Positions 31,180-44,402 are shown, numbered from the stretch's first letter. The stretch: 64,000 bases of DNA from Trichinella spiralis (GCF_000181795.1 NW_003526944.1:1083204-1147203), one strand, 5' to 3'. The notes: a model not told the origin generated them from the sequence alone. Translations and numbers: made by a program.

Positions 31180-31826
31180 GCATAGCCTGGGGAGAATATG
31201 CAAATTTTTATTTGCCCTGGGGCGTAGCCTGAGGGCAAAGCCTGGGGCTATATTTTAAAAATTTCAAAATTTTCGAAAAATTGCCTGAGGCGTAGCCTTA
31301 GGGCATATAAAAAATTTGCATATTACCCTCAGGGGATTAAAAATTTGCATAAATCTTCCCTGAGGGCAAATATGGTGCAATAAAACGCCTGAGGCATAGC
31401 CTGAGGGAATATGCAAATTTTTATTTGCCCTGGGGCGTAGCCTGAGGGCAAAGCCTCGGGCTATATTTTAAAAATTTCGAAATTTTCGAAAAATTGCCTG
31501 AGGCATAGCCTGAGGCGTAGCCTCAGGGCATAAAAAATTTGCATATTACCCCCAGGGGATTAAAAATTTGCATAAATCTTTCCTGAGGGCAAATATGGTG
31601 CAATAAAACGCCTGAGGCATAGCCTGAGGGAATATGCAAATTTTTATTTGCCCTGGGGCGTAGCCTGAGGGCAAAGCCTGGGGCTATATTTTAAAATTTT
31701 CGAAATTTTCGAAAAATTGCCTGAGGCATAGCCTGAGGCGTAGCCTTAGGGCATATAAAAATTTGCATATTACCCCCAGGGGATTAAAAATTTGCATAAA
31801 TCTTTCCTGAGGGCAAATATGCAATA
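31180..31826. repeat. Tandem array of three ~214-223-bp internally palindromic units
   Basis: Units start at about 31180, 31394 and 31617. Each carries an inverted repeat of about 24 bp (AATATGCAAATTTTTATTTGCCCT ... AGGGCATATAAAAATTTGCATATT) around multiple GCCTGAGGC motifs and a central TTTCGAAA-type palindrome. Confidence 0.92.
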
Positions 31827-31865
31827 ACTTTATTCAGGATCAAAATAATCAGCATGGAAATAAGT

Positions 31866-32420
31866 TAAACGCATGCAAGAAATCTACCTTCCCTCTGCCT
31901 ATTTCTGCGCCGTGACGTGAAATCCCTGCGATCTTCGTCCCTGAAAATGGTTTACCGTTGCGTCAGCAGCCATCTGCAGTATTTCTGAAGTGCAACTCCT
32001 TTACTGGTTCAAAGTAATCTCCCTAAACATGAAGTTACATAGTAATTACATTACATACACCATTAGATAAACGCATCCCAGAAATCTACCTACCTTTACT
32101 CAGCTGCGGCAAATCCCTGCGACGATAGACATCTACATCGCATAGATGTACTTACCTTTTTAGGTGCTAGTAGCTGTCAGACATCTGACAACTACAGCCA
32201 CTTGGCTATCAAAACGGTTCACCGTTGTGGGATGGTTGTCGATCCAGGGACGTCTATGTTCATCATCCTAAAACTAAATACAGTTTGTAAAAGTACTTAC
32301 CTTTACCACTGTCGTTCCCCTGCGCCGTTTCGACTGAATCGCTTGTAGCTGTCAGACTTACCTGGAAACTATGGCGATCATTTACCTCAGCTGGCCGTTG
32401 TGGGATAATGGATGTAGCTG
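31866..32420 (-). repeat. Three diverged ~200-bp tandem exon-like units
   Basis: Recurrent motifs TAAACGCAT..AGAAATCTACCT, CCCTGCG, TAGCTGTCAGAC and CCGTTG(T/C)G. Minus-strand donors (AG|GTAAGT / AG|GTAG) and acceptors (TTTAG) bound the units. Confidence 0.55.
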
Positions 32421-33589
32421 GCTAATCGAGGCAAAGTTGCAGCTGCAATTCCGATAGCTTTTCTACTTGCACTCAGCCGGCGGGATCTTCTGGTGCCGGC
32501 AATGGCATTAAAAACTCGCATCTTTGCCGGTAGTCGTCTACGCTGCCTTCCCATTTCATCGAAATTACCTACTGTCGTGTCTATCGTGCGCAAAGCATCC
32601 GTCCATGGCTTAACGTGACCATCGTCGTGATCCATTCACTGCCTGCTCGCTGTAGACAGCTGATACGACACTTGGTGCGGTCTTGAACTCAGAAGCCCTC
32701 AGCTACAATTCCAAATCCAGGCGGTGTAGTTGAACTATTAATACCGTCGCATTAAAAATGTCCGTGGACTCCAGCGTTTTCCAGTCGTACTACTTCCTCA
32801 ACTGCATCCTGATCTGCCAGAGTGCACCAACAAAAGGGTCGGCCCGTACGTTTCAGCTTCCGCTACACTGGCATCTTTCCAATCCGCTACAAGGCGATAA
32901 GCGCAAATCCGATTGACTGACCATGAGACCGGTGGACGACGCCCGACGCATGGAGCGTCCCTTTGCGGTGATGGAATTGATGACCGCCGGGTTCAGCTCG
33001 CCAGATTCGATTGAACTGAAGTGGGAACAACCATTTAGCGACTACGCATCATTACAAGTGGAACCCTTTTGGACTCTCCGGCAACGTAGCATTGAAAGAA
33101 ATGTGCGACGTTTCTGGTTCACATTTCTCCTTCTTCAAAAGGATGAAAGACTGCAGTACTACGATTCCAGTTCTGTTTTGCTTACTTGTTAGCCACACGT
33201 TATTTGATGGTTGTCATTTGTTATTCTCAAAAATACATTAAAAATAAATACAGGACATCATCTATGTCAATTATGAGCAAAATCAGTACAGGGGCCATTA
33301 CTTGGCAATCTTTGTGGAAGCACGCCTGAATTGCTGGGCACGCTTTGATCCCAGTTTCAGCTGTCACATTGGTAGCACCAATAAACTCAACGACCGACGT
33401 ATGAATAGCATTTTCAACACTAATTCATGTTAAATCATGCAGAAACAAAGCATTCCCTAAAAAAGACAGACATAAAAAGTAAAAAGCGAAAATAAAAAAC
33501 GAAAGAAACAACGGCTGAGTAACAACTTTACGGCAACTTCAACTATTACGACGCTGCATTGGTAGGCAATTCAACGATATTCCAAAACA

Positions 33590-36500
33590 CGCATTTGTAC
33601 GGTACATTTCCAAATGAATAGAAAACTGAAAGTAATATTAATATACTTATCTAAAAATAAAAAGCAGAAATTTATACTTTCTTAGCTTCAGCATCCGATA
33701 AGTATCTGCAAGTTATCAGTAGCAACATTAATGAAGATACCCAATACTTTCCATAAACCATAATCGTGAAGTCATGCTAATGACATGCATACAACAGGCA
33801 CGCTATCTCACAGGTAACTTACCGCTTATTCATGGATGATATTGCACAGGGACATTACAGATGACATTGTCCATCACTGCTGACGTGGCAATAAATTGAA
33901 TAACCAAATGTGAACGCAATCTTAAATAGCAGGGAACTAAAGTAAATTATGCAAATAAGCAAGTCGCAACGCATCATGTGGAATAACCTAATTTTCTATC
34001 ATTTATTGCGTAATGAACAGTAGAATTACATGAAATGACGAGTTATTAATTTATTTACACACTTCACATTGCTAGAAATTTCATAAGTATGCAAAGTATT
34101 TTACTGAAATTATATAAAAATCCGTTAATGTGATGCAATAAAAACTATGAAAAGCCTTGTGAATTCTTTTACATAGTACGTAATAAAAGTTAGATGACAG
34201 CATTACTTACATGTCGTGTACAGATGAAGAGAAATGACAAGTCAGGTTATTAAAGATGAAATTTGAAGATATCTGAAAAATCATTGAAATCAACCGTATC
34301 ATAGAAAATGAAATAACCATCAAGTTTACTCTTTCCAAGTACTCTATTACATATGGCTGTACATCTGAGAACCCATCTTTCCAAAATAGAATCCAAATTT
34401 CAAACTTATTAAAATTTAACGTATCGAACCATCTTCTTGCATGATGTCTTTCTGTTAATACTTGTGTTAGGATTAAGTCGACGTGCTGCAAATGCAAATG
34501 CTAAAATAATATTAATATAATTACAAGCAATATTGAAATCAGTTTACTCTGTACTTTCAAATGCTGTTCACTTTCAATTCTCTAGAATCTTCAAACAGCT
34601 GTCTTCTTCATTTTTTATAACCTTGCTGGTTCATGTTGATTAATGTGAATCCGTTCCAAAGTCTGAAAGTCTGCAATTGGAATGATCATTTACTAAAAAC
34701 AGAAAGTCTTACTTATTTAATAGCAGCACCTAGAAAGAGTATTTAAACGTTAAAAATAGGAAAACTAATGTAAAAATGTAGTTACACGTTAGTTTCCATT
34801 CACCACATTTGTAATGTCATGCAAATTACATACAAACAATTCAGGCAATACAATGTAAAATGTAACTTACCGCTTATACATTATTTATACATGATATTGA
34901 AGAGCGGAATTATAGTTGACCACGTGCCGACTGCTGACATGGAATTCAACTGAAGAATGTACTACTCCTAAATGGTGTGCAGTAATAAGTAAATAATGGA
35001 AATGACGAAGGTCATTACGTTTTTATTTGCACATCTCATATTATGCAAAATTTCATTAGAATGCAAACTGAATTTTCTAAAATAAGAGAAAATCGATTTT
35101 CAGAAACATTTATAAAACGGAATATATTAATCATTACCAAACGAAATTTCATTCCGTTGTTATGTAAACACTTTTCTAAGCATAACATTTGCATTTCATC
35201 ACCAATAAAGTTTACTTTACAACACCTTTATGGAAATTTTTTCAGATCAATACATATAGCAATGCTTTTATGTACTTTACTATTTAAACAAGGAAAAAGA
35301 AGTTCTATTTAATGAATTCTCAAGAATACCTCACTAGAAAATAATTACAAAAATTATTTTGAAAACATTAATAAATTACAATAATGTATGAAAGCAAACA
35401 TACACTCAGTTGACAACAGAAAGATTTGCAAAATTTAGCCTAGCCAACATAGCAGACTCCTCTAAATACAACTGATGATATGGAAAAGTTTCCACACATG
35501 AGCGGGATGTCAATTATTCTTGGAACTATTCAGAGGGCAGTGATGGACACAGCACATTTGGTGGGTCAGGGCGGGGGGTGGGTGGAGAAAGGGAAAAGGC
35601 AGGAATGAGAATTTGTGATATGGAGTATGTGAAGGTTGTGCACGTGTACGAGGTGTAAATAATGTACGAAAGCAAACATACACTCAGTTGACAACAGAAA
35701 GATTGCAAAATTCAGCCTAGTCAACATAGAAGACCGCTCTCAGTACAACTGATGATATGGAGAAGCTTCCACGAATGAGCGTGATGCTAATTATTCTTGG
35801 ATCTATTCAATGGGCAGTAATGGACACACTACATCTGGTGGGACAGGCGGGGGCAGGAAGGGAAAAGACAGGAAGAAGAATTTGTGATATGGAGTATGTG
35901 AAGGTTGTAAGAAAGTGAATCACTTTCCATCATTCAACTTTCACGCATAGTAATAATGAGTTGCGCTGAACACATCAGTACTAACGGGCTACTGGGGAGA
36001 TGAAGCTAATTTTTTCCAGATAGGAAAAAAGAATATGCAGCGACATTATTAATGATGCAGTAGCATCAGCAGAATTTCTGGGTCTCAATTTCAACGATGT
36101 CAGAACTATAGAGAGGGCCGTTCTGACCATTAGACTAGAAAAAGGTAAGATTGCTCTCTTGATCACATCTGCTATCCTGTTCAGATTTCTCATTAAAGAT
36201 TTTAACAAATTCAATGGAGAATAAACGAAATATTTCATCAACTAGGTAATTAATAAAAGGAGGTCCGTTTTTTGGACGTTATTTAAATAGATGATTTAGT
36301 TAACTGAAAACGGATGCAATCAAACTTCTATTATATTTGCCAAAACTTACCATGCTTGACGCAGAGCAAAGGCGAAGTGCATGAAAAAAAGTAAAAGCAA
36401 CAAAAAACCAGCAAATATTTAAAACATCCTACCTGAAAGCTGTCATGTTGGTGATGAAGTATGAATCAAATTCAGAGATATGAAAGTTTTCCAAACGATG

Positions 36501-36750
36501 CATGCGGTCTGATGGCCTTTTCAGCCAACATTTAGAACGCATTGGCTGAGGGGAAGCACAGCAAGTCGGCTACTTACGCAGCTCAAATAATCAAAACGTC
36601 ACTGGTCCGCCAATAATTATATAATAACCACTGAAAAATAAACACAGCTTTATATAGCCAATTGCTTCCGGATTTGAATGGCACCAAATGCGTCAAGCAT
36701 AATGCCGTAGGCAGGGTTCATCATCAAATTAACATAAACATACTCTGTTC
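33590..36750 (-). repeat. Right arm of the diverged inverted repeat
   Basis: Same module order as 25200-28450 on the opposite strand. B modules at 33765-34128 and 34805-35085; A module at 36420-36725. Includes a ~278-bp tandem subrepeat starting at 35387 and 35665. Confidence 0.8.
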
Positions 36751-37420
36751 ACCTGGAAATGCGTTAACTTCAGTGCCTTTCAGCGTTAAATTAGCTATGC
36801 CATATATAAGTAGCACTAGATTCTATGCCAACAGTTGAACAAACACCCATTGGCCAACTATCGAAACCTTGCAGTAAATCTTCAATATCCAATACTTCAT
36901 AGCTGACAACGTCTAGACAACAAAGATTGCTATACATAAATTGAGTAATCACATAATAAGGAATTTTGAAAACTGATCTGACACTGAAGAACAGGGGAAA
37001 CTGAAAACATCGGAAACAGTAAAACAATAATAAGCATCGGAAAAATTGCAACTAGATGGCAAAGTCAGGAAAAAAGGCATTTCATTTAGAAGAATTATTG
37101 AAGCGGATATCAGTGGACGAACACTACTGCAGGAAGAAAAATTTATGAATAGTTTAAACATAGGAGTGCATAAATTCATCACTCCGATAAATTCGTCATT
37201 CCCATAAGTTTTATAAAGACAATTAAGATTTTCATCAGCAGATAAAAAAGCAGATTCAATGAAGAATTGTTCTTGATTAATTAGTTGCACTCTACAGCAC
37301 ACCTATATTGTAAAATATTTTATTCGTGTAATCGCGTTTATTGTTTACCTATGGAGGAAAGCACAATTCATTGAAAAGATGCGTTTTCATGTAAACATAT
37401 TGCCATCCTGTTTTGTTCCT

Positions 37421-37430
37421 NNNNNNNNNN
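37421..37430. other. Assembly gap (10 N)
   Basis: Run of N. Confidence 1.
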
Positions 37431-37599
37431 AATAGATCAAGAAATTCAGAGTTAGTTTTGCTGATGTGTTCAGTCTGGAAATAGTAGAATATGTTATAGA
37501 TTCTGGTCAAGAAACGATAATACAATTCGAGAAGCTACAATCAATAGAAAAGGGAAAGTGGACATCAGGATAAGTCAAAGAAATCACACGAAGCAACCA

Positions 37600-39530
37600 A
37601 TGTGTGCATTTCAGAATTCATCGGATGATATTGGGAAGCGTCCGCACACGAATGGGATGTCAATTGTTAATAGAAATATTCAGAGGGCAGTGTAGGACTC
37701 AGCACATTTGGTGGGTGAGGGGGGGTGGGTGGGGAAAGGGAAAATTCAGGATTGAGACATTGAGATACACAGGAAGAGACGGTAGTGTAGGGGGAATCGT
37801 AATAAATATATTATGACAGAGGATATGCATTCAATCGGCAACCGAACGGCTGCAAATTTCAGCTTAGTCAACATAGAAAACCGATTTCAGTACAAGTGAT
37901 GATATGGAGAAGCTTCCTCGAATGAGCGTGATGCTAATTATTCTTGGATCTATTCAATGGGCAGTAATGGACACACTACATCTGGTGGGACAGGCGGGGG
38001 CAGGAAGGGAAAAGACAGGAAGAAGAATTTGTGATATGGAGTATGTGAAGGTTGTAAGAAAGTGAACCACTTTCCATCATTCAACTTTCACGCATAGTAA
38101 TAATGAGTTGCGCTGAACATATCAGTACTAACGGGCTAACGGGGAGATGAAGCTAATTTTTTCCAGATAGGAAAAAAGAATATGCAGCGACATTATTAAT
38201 GATGCAGTAGCATCAGCAGAATTTTTGGGTCTCAATTTCAACGATATCAGAACTATAGAAAAGGCCGTTCTTACCATTTGACTAGAAAAAGGTAAGATTG
38301 CTCTCTTGATCACATCTGCTATCCTGTTCAGATTTCTCATTAAAGATTTTAACAAATTCAATGGAGAATAAATAGAATATTTCATCAACTAGGTATTTAA
38401 TAAAACGAGGTTCGTTTTCTGAACATTATTTAAAAAGATGATTTAGTGAACTGAGAACGGATGCAATCAAACTTCTATTATATTTGCCAAAACTTACCAT
38501 GCTTGACGCAGAGCAAAGGCGAAGTGCATGAAAAAAAGTAAAAGCAACAAAAAACCAGCAAATATTTAAAACATCCTACCTGAAAGCTGTCATGTTGGTG
38601 ATGAAGTATGAATCAAATTCAGAGATATGAAAGTTTTCCAAACGATGCATGCGGTCTGATGGCCTTTTCAGCCAACATTTAGAACGCATTGGCTGAGGGG
38701 AAGCACAGCAAGTCGGCTACTTACGCAGCTCAAATAATCAAAACGTCACTGGTCCGCCAATAATTATATAATAACCACTGAAAAATAAACACAGCTTTAT
38801 ATAGCCAATTGCTTCCGGATTTGAATGGCACCAAATGCGTCAAGCATAATGCCGTAGGCAGGGTTCATCATCAAATTAACATAAACATACTCTGTTCACC
38901 AGGAAATGCGTTAAATTCAGTGCCTTTCAGCGTTAAATTAGCTATGCCATATATAAGTAGCACTAGAGTCTATGCCAACAGTTGAACAAACACCCATTGG
39001 CCAACTATCTAAACTTTGCAGTACATCTTCAATATCCAATACTTCATAGCTGACAACGTCTAGACAACAAAGATTGCTATACATAAATGAGTAATCACAT
39101 AATAAGGAATTTTGAAAACTGATCTGACACTGAAGAACAGGGGAAACTGAGGACATCGGAAACAGTAAAACAATAAAAAGCATAGGAAAAATTGCAAATA
39201 GATGGCAAAGTCAGGAAAAAAGGCATTTCATTTAGAAGAATTATTGAAGCGGATATCAGTGGACGAACACTACTGCAGGAAGAAAAATTTATGAATAGTT
39301 TCAAACATAGTAGTGCATAAATTCATCATTCCGATAAGTTTTATAAAGAGAATTAAGATTTCATCAGAAGATAAAAAAGCAAATTCAATGAAGAATTGTT
39401 CTTGATTACTCCTCACACTCTACAGCACACCTACATTTAAAATATTTTATTCGTGTAATCGCATTCATTGTTTAGTGATCGACGAAAAAGACAATTCATT
39501 GAAGAAGATGAGTATGCATGTAAAACGTAT
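37600..39530 (+). repeat. Near-identical tandem duplicate of about 35400-37420 (offset about 2147 bp)
   Basis: Long identical stretches (e.g. 36310-36750 vs 38457-38897). Paired ORFs 35981-36241 and 38128-38388. Scattered substitutions and small indels elsewhere. Confidence 0.92.
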
Positions 39531-40732
39531 TGCATTCATGGTTTATTTCTTCATGAAATGCCATTGAGGATATGCGAATTTCTCCTGATAACAGTATGCG
39601 CATATAATTTGGAATTTCTGTACCTTTATCTTGCATAAAACACTTTTCAGTTATGAAGAACGTATTTAATAATTCGTTGCATCTTACAGAAGCATAATAA
39701 CTTATAATTCTTCATCTGAAAAGATGCCTATAAATAAAATGCACCAGCACATGAGTTTGTCATGAACTGTTTGTTCATTTGTTCATTTTTATTCCATTTA
39801 CAATAAACTGTTTTCAGGAATTAAAACAATTAAAATCTTTGATATGCAGCATGAAAGCAGTGTTAGACAACGAAATGAAATCAACTTAAATAGGTAGAGG
39901 CTTGGTATAATTGAGAAGCTAATTCAATACTAAAATGGTGCATCGCAATCTATTCTGTAACACTTATTTTTGTAATTAAGCAAAGTTAAATATGGCATCC
40001 CTTACTACAATTATGTATTAATAAATGTTAAAGAGAAACATCGTAGAAAACTGGTTTGAACTGAAATTTATAAATAGATACATTTATCGAAACTTCGTGC
40101 ATTGAACAATTAATTTATACTTTACTTTATCACAATAATAAAAATAGACTAAAAATAATGATAAATTAGATCCTCAAAAGTGAAATAATGGTCTGTGAAT
40201 CCCTTTTTCTCCAAAAAAGACATGCATTGAATTGAAACGATTAGAATCGATTGGGAAATGACTCGAAATTTATCAGCACTCTTTGTACCAAATTCAAAGG
40301 GCATTTATTCCGATAACTACTGTGCAGGTTCTGTTGAAACTCTCCAAACAACTATCATTCATCTTCAAAAAACCTGAATTATTCAAAATAATCAGATTGA
40401 AATGCAATTTTTATGCAACATGGAAGATTTTCTGTCCTATTAATGTCACATTCAGAAACCGGAGATTCTGTAAAATTTCTCAAAACATCATCGAATGCGG
40501 AATATTGAAAATTTACATACTTATATCTACCACAGTATTGTTTGCAATTTTCAACAATATTTAAATCCACGAAACCAGTCCACAAAATTTCGAAATTTTT
40601 GAAAAAAGTTTTTCTCTGAAAATTACTATATCGGTTTGTATTGATGAGGAAAATATCAGACACATACAAACTTTTCCGCACTTATTCTCATTGTGTATTT
40701 TTCTAGATATCGACAAAAAACTGAAACTTGCA

Positions 40733-40742
40733 NNNNNNNNNN
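40733..40742. other. Assembly gap (10 N)
   Basis: Run of N. Confidence 1.
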
Positions 40743-41730
40743 TTTAAAAGGGACACTGATTAGCATCGTCAATCAGAAAACACAACGTTGTAGTCGCAGA
40801 AGAAAGAGGAGAATGCAGGAAGAACAAACACCCGTATGAAAGAAGTAAATGCTGTTAGAATATCTACTGCTTTCCTTCACACAATCCTCACGCATAAGAT
40901 TGAGAGGTTGTTTTTTTATTTATCAGTATTTTACATCTGGGAAGTACATCTGTTATAGTGAAGAAGGTATTTTCTCAATGATGGGAAAGAAATGCATTTA
41001 TATGTATCCGCGTTCTTCCTAATAAAGTGACCTCATAGGGTTCTTCAGCACTGGTTTTAAGAAAGTGCTGTGTAATAGTGATATTATCAACGGTCTAAAG
41101 TGGAAGGTAACATTTAGCGCAAAACAAATTTGATCTGTCAATCAGAAGCAGCCCTGTAAAGCAAATGACCAGTGTTAAGTATCAGCTGATGCTGCAGCCA
41201 TATCGTGATGAGAAAGTTTTATTTTGAAATGAAAAAGTTGCAACTGAACTGTTATTAGAATTGATAAACCTGGCCATGATTGACGCAGTGTGTATGCGAA
41301 AAGTATATGAAAGATACAAAAAAGGTAAAGAAAAACCCGCATATACGTAAAACTTCCTACCTGAGAAATGGCATACTGGTGATGAGGAATGAAACAAACG
41401 TAGATCCGTGAAACTGTCCAACTGATGGTCGTTGTTTGATCGTATCTGCATTCCAATATTCTCAACGGATATGTGAATGTGAAGCAACAAAAATGAGCAA
41501 ATTACCTAAAGCAGCAGTTAGGCCAATATTCGTCAGCAAATAATTATATAACAATTGCCTGCTCATAATGAAAACAGCTTTACATATAGGAAATTACTTC
41601 TGATTTGAATGGCACATAATGCTTTCGGTAGAATGCCATCGGCAGTGTTCATCGTGAAATTATCATAAAGTTACCTGGAAATGGACGTGTGTTTACTAAG
41701 CGTGAATTAGGGCACTGAGCTAGTATGGCG
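40743..41730 (-). repeat. Fourth, partial copy of the arm repeat family (modules A and C)
   Basis: The reverse complement of 41345-41655 matches 25221-25530 (shared TACGTTTGTTTCATTCCTCATCACCAG). 40860-40990 matches 26100-26230. Confidence 0.85.
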
Positions 41731-42621
41731 TTGATTTGAAAACTTATAAACTATCAATGGAACATCACTTACTTTAACCAAATCAGCTTCTCAAAACTTT
41801 GATTTTTCTCTACCATGGAAAATTTGTATTAGAATAGAATACAAAATAAAATAAAACAAGAACAAAAGAATAAACACGAAATAGGTTATGTCATAAGAAA
41901 CAGGCTACGGAATAAATTGCAATAAAAGTAGTTGAATTTTTTGAAAAAACTATTCGCAATAAATGCTGATCAATAAACAATAAATAGTCAATACTTCGTA
42001 ACAAATTAAAATGAATTATTCATCCATCATTGTGGTGACAATCATAATAATATAAACAATTCAGTTATTAAGATTCGTTAATGTTTTGCTCATCCGAAAT
42101 TTACCTAGTTAAAACTCCAGTTTTAAAATGCCTATAAAAACAATTTTTAAATCGTGCTAAATATAATTTATTAAATAATTTACTTCAGCATTGATATCTT
42201 TAAAATAAAATTGAACTGTGATTGAAAAATGCAAAAAGGCAATTTATTGATTTCAAAAATGTACTGTAATTCGAACTTGATTATTACGCTTACTGTAGAA
42301 TTGCTCAGCATACAAATGTGATAAGGAAACCGTTTGAACAATGGTTTGCACCTTAAGCGCATAACTTTAATCTGTAATGTGTACGATTTAGTAATACGTA
42401 CCTTAATTCTTGTGGAAAATTAGTTTATATTCACGTTCGCTTCATTCCTGAGAAACTGTGCAACTGTTTTATCTCTTCGCTTTAGTGCTACATTTTAAAT
42501 CTTTCCTCATTATGTTGTGTTTAGCTGCGTTTTTCTGAATGTCTTGTGAAGAATTTTTCTCTTTATTGTTATGCATTTCGTTCTTCGGTAAAAATTGATT
42601 TTGTTCTTTTAGATAAACACT

Positions 42622-44402
42622 ATGTCTGCAATTAACGTCAATGAAATATTGCAGTCGGTAAGAAATAACATACCAACGATTTAAATGTAACTTTTGATAT
42701 TGTTTTTTCCTTAAAGCAGAGTATTAAACCGACTAGCAAGCGTAGTAATGTAGCTGAACAAAATGGAGAAAGCAAGCGTCAGCGTCTCGACCATTCATCT
42801 GAAATTGTTGAAGACGTAAATTTGGAACCGCTAAATGAATCTTCTGTGAGACGACTGATTTTAAATTTTGAAAAAATGGCAGCTAAAAATCAAGAAATGC
42901 GAATCAAATACCCTGATGATCCGATTAAATTCATGGATAGTGAAGTGGAATTAAACGTAGCAATACAAGAACTTCATTCTTTGGCTACTGTACCTCAATA
43001 CTATACAGTTCTTGCTCGCCTGAACACTGTATCCAGTCTGTGTCAGCTTCTATTGCATCCAAATTCCGACATTGCTGTTGCAGTAACTGATCTATTTTAC
43101 GTATACAGAATTTTAATATATTCTTTCTATTCTTCTTGCTTAACTATAGACATGAAATTTATTTTAGGAAATGACCGACATCGAAACTGAATCACTGAGC
43201 GATCCAGCTATTGAAATTTTGATTGACGCTTTGATGGATGCTCAGGCGCCGCAATGTTTGCTTAGAAATTTGAAAAGATTGAATGAAGATAATCCAGATG
43301 AAGCTGCTGGAGTTCATTCTACAATGGCTGTGCTTGAGAACATGATCGACATGACTACCGACACGGCCGGTGTAGCAGTTCAATGCGGCTATGGCCAATG
43401 GCTGCTGAATCGTTTGAAAATGAAAATTCCTTTTGACGAAAACAAACTCTACTGTAGTGAATTGCTTGGAATTTTGCTGCAAAATAGTGATGAATGTAAA
43501 AAAGTTTTACATGAGAACAATGGAATCGATATTTTGCTGGAACAGCTCGCCGGCTATAAACGTCGAGATCCTTACGGCTCGTACGAAACAGAATACATGT
43601 TAAACGTTTTCAACTGTTTATGCGCTTCTCTGCTTTATGTCCCAAATAAGCACAGATTTCGAGAAGGTGAAGGCTTTCAACTGATGCTTATGATGCTTCG
43701 GTAAGTACTTCAGATTTTATTTATTTAAATGGATAGTTGTATAATTCAAAAGTATCCATTAGAGAATACAAAATAGCTCGGGGATGTGCATTGAAGACAT
43801 TGGATTACGCGACAACGAGTCCAGATTCGAAGGAAAACTGTAACAAACTTGTCGAAGTAGGTGGCTTGGGTACAATTTTTCCATTGTTCATGCATCCACC
43901 GAGTCGCAGCATGCGTAAATACTTTTCAATAGAAGAACACGAAGAGCACGTCTGTTCAATTTTGAGCTCCTTGTTAAAGTATTGCGATTCTTCACAACAG
44001 GAGCGAGTAATAAAAAAGTTTTCTGAAAACAACTTCGAAAAATTGGAACGTCTCGCAGAGCTGCATAAGAAGTACTGGTTGCGTATGAGAGATTTCGAGA
44101 AAACGCATACCAGTTTGACTGACGATAACGAGCTTTACTTTGACAAGCTGGAAAATGGGCTTTTCACATTACAGTCGATCGGTTTCATTTTCTCTGTGGT
44201 ACTTGTCAAAGGGGATAATAACCTGGCACACCAAGCGATGAAGCTATTGGCCTTGCATCAGCTGTTTTTGAAAAGTATTCAACAGGTTCTCAAAGAATAT
44301 GCGGAAAATCTTGGACTAGACGGAGAATCGAAAAGCGAAGACAGAGCATTGGTCGAAACGCTCATCAAGCAACTGGATCGCATGAAGTCTCGAGCTGAAT
44401 AG
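42622..44402 (+). CDS. CTNNBL1: Beta-catenin-like protein 1 (Prp19/NTC spliceosome component)
   Basis: Exons 42622-42657, 42717/42720-43100 (NAGNAG acceptor), 43168-43700, 43763-44402. Motifs KNQEMRIKYPDDPIKFMDSEVELN, LLHPNSDIA, NKLYCSELLGILLQ, YKRRDP, GEGFQLM, EHEEHVCSI and GLFTLQ. Confidence 0.95.

Noticed and set aside
31180..31826. CRISPR-like repeat array
   Set aside because: There are no unique spacers, the whole units repeat, the context is eukaryotic, and there are no cas genes.
32160..32195. Helitron 3' end (hairpin + CTAG on minus strand)
   Set aside because: CTAG abuts the hairpin rather than lying about 10 nt downstream, and it is not followed by T. No Rep/helicase is present.
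32355..32410. U1 snRNA-like ACTTACCTGG with nearby CCCCTGCG and TGTGGGA
   Set aside because: U1 motif order, stem-loops and Sm site are missing. It is better explained as the reverse complement of splice donors.
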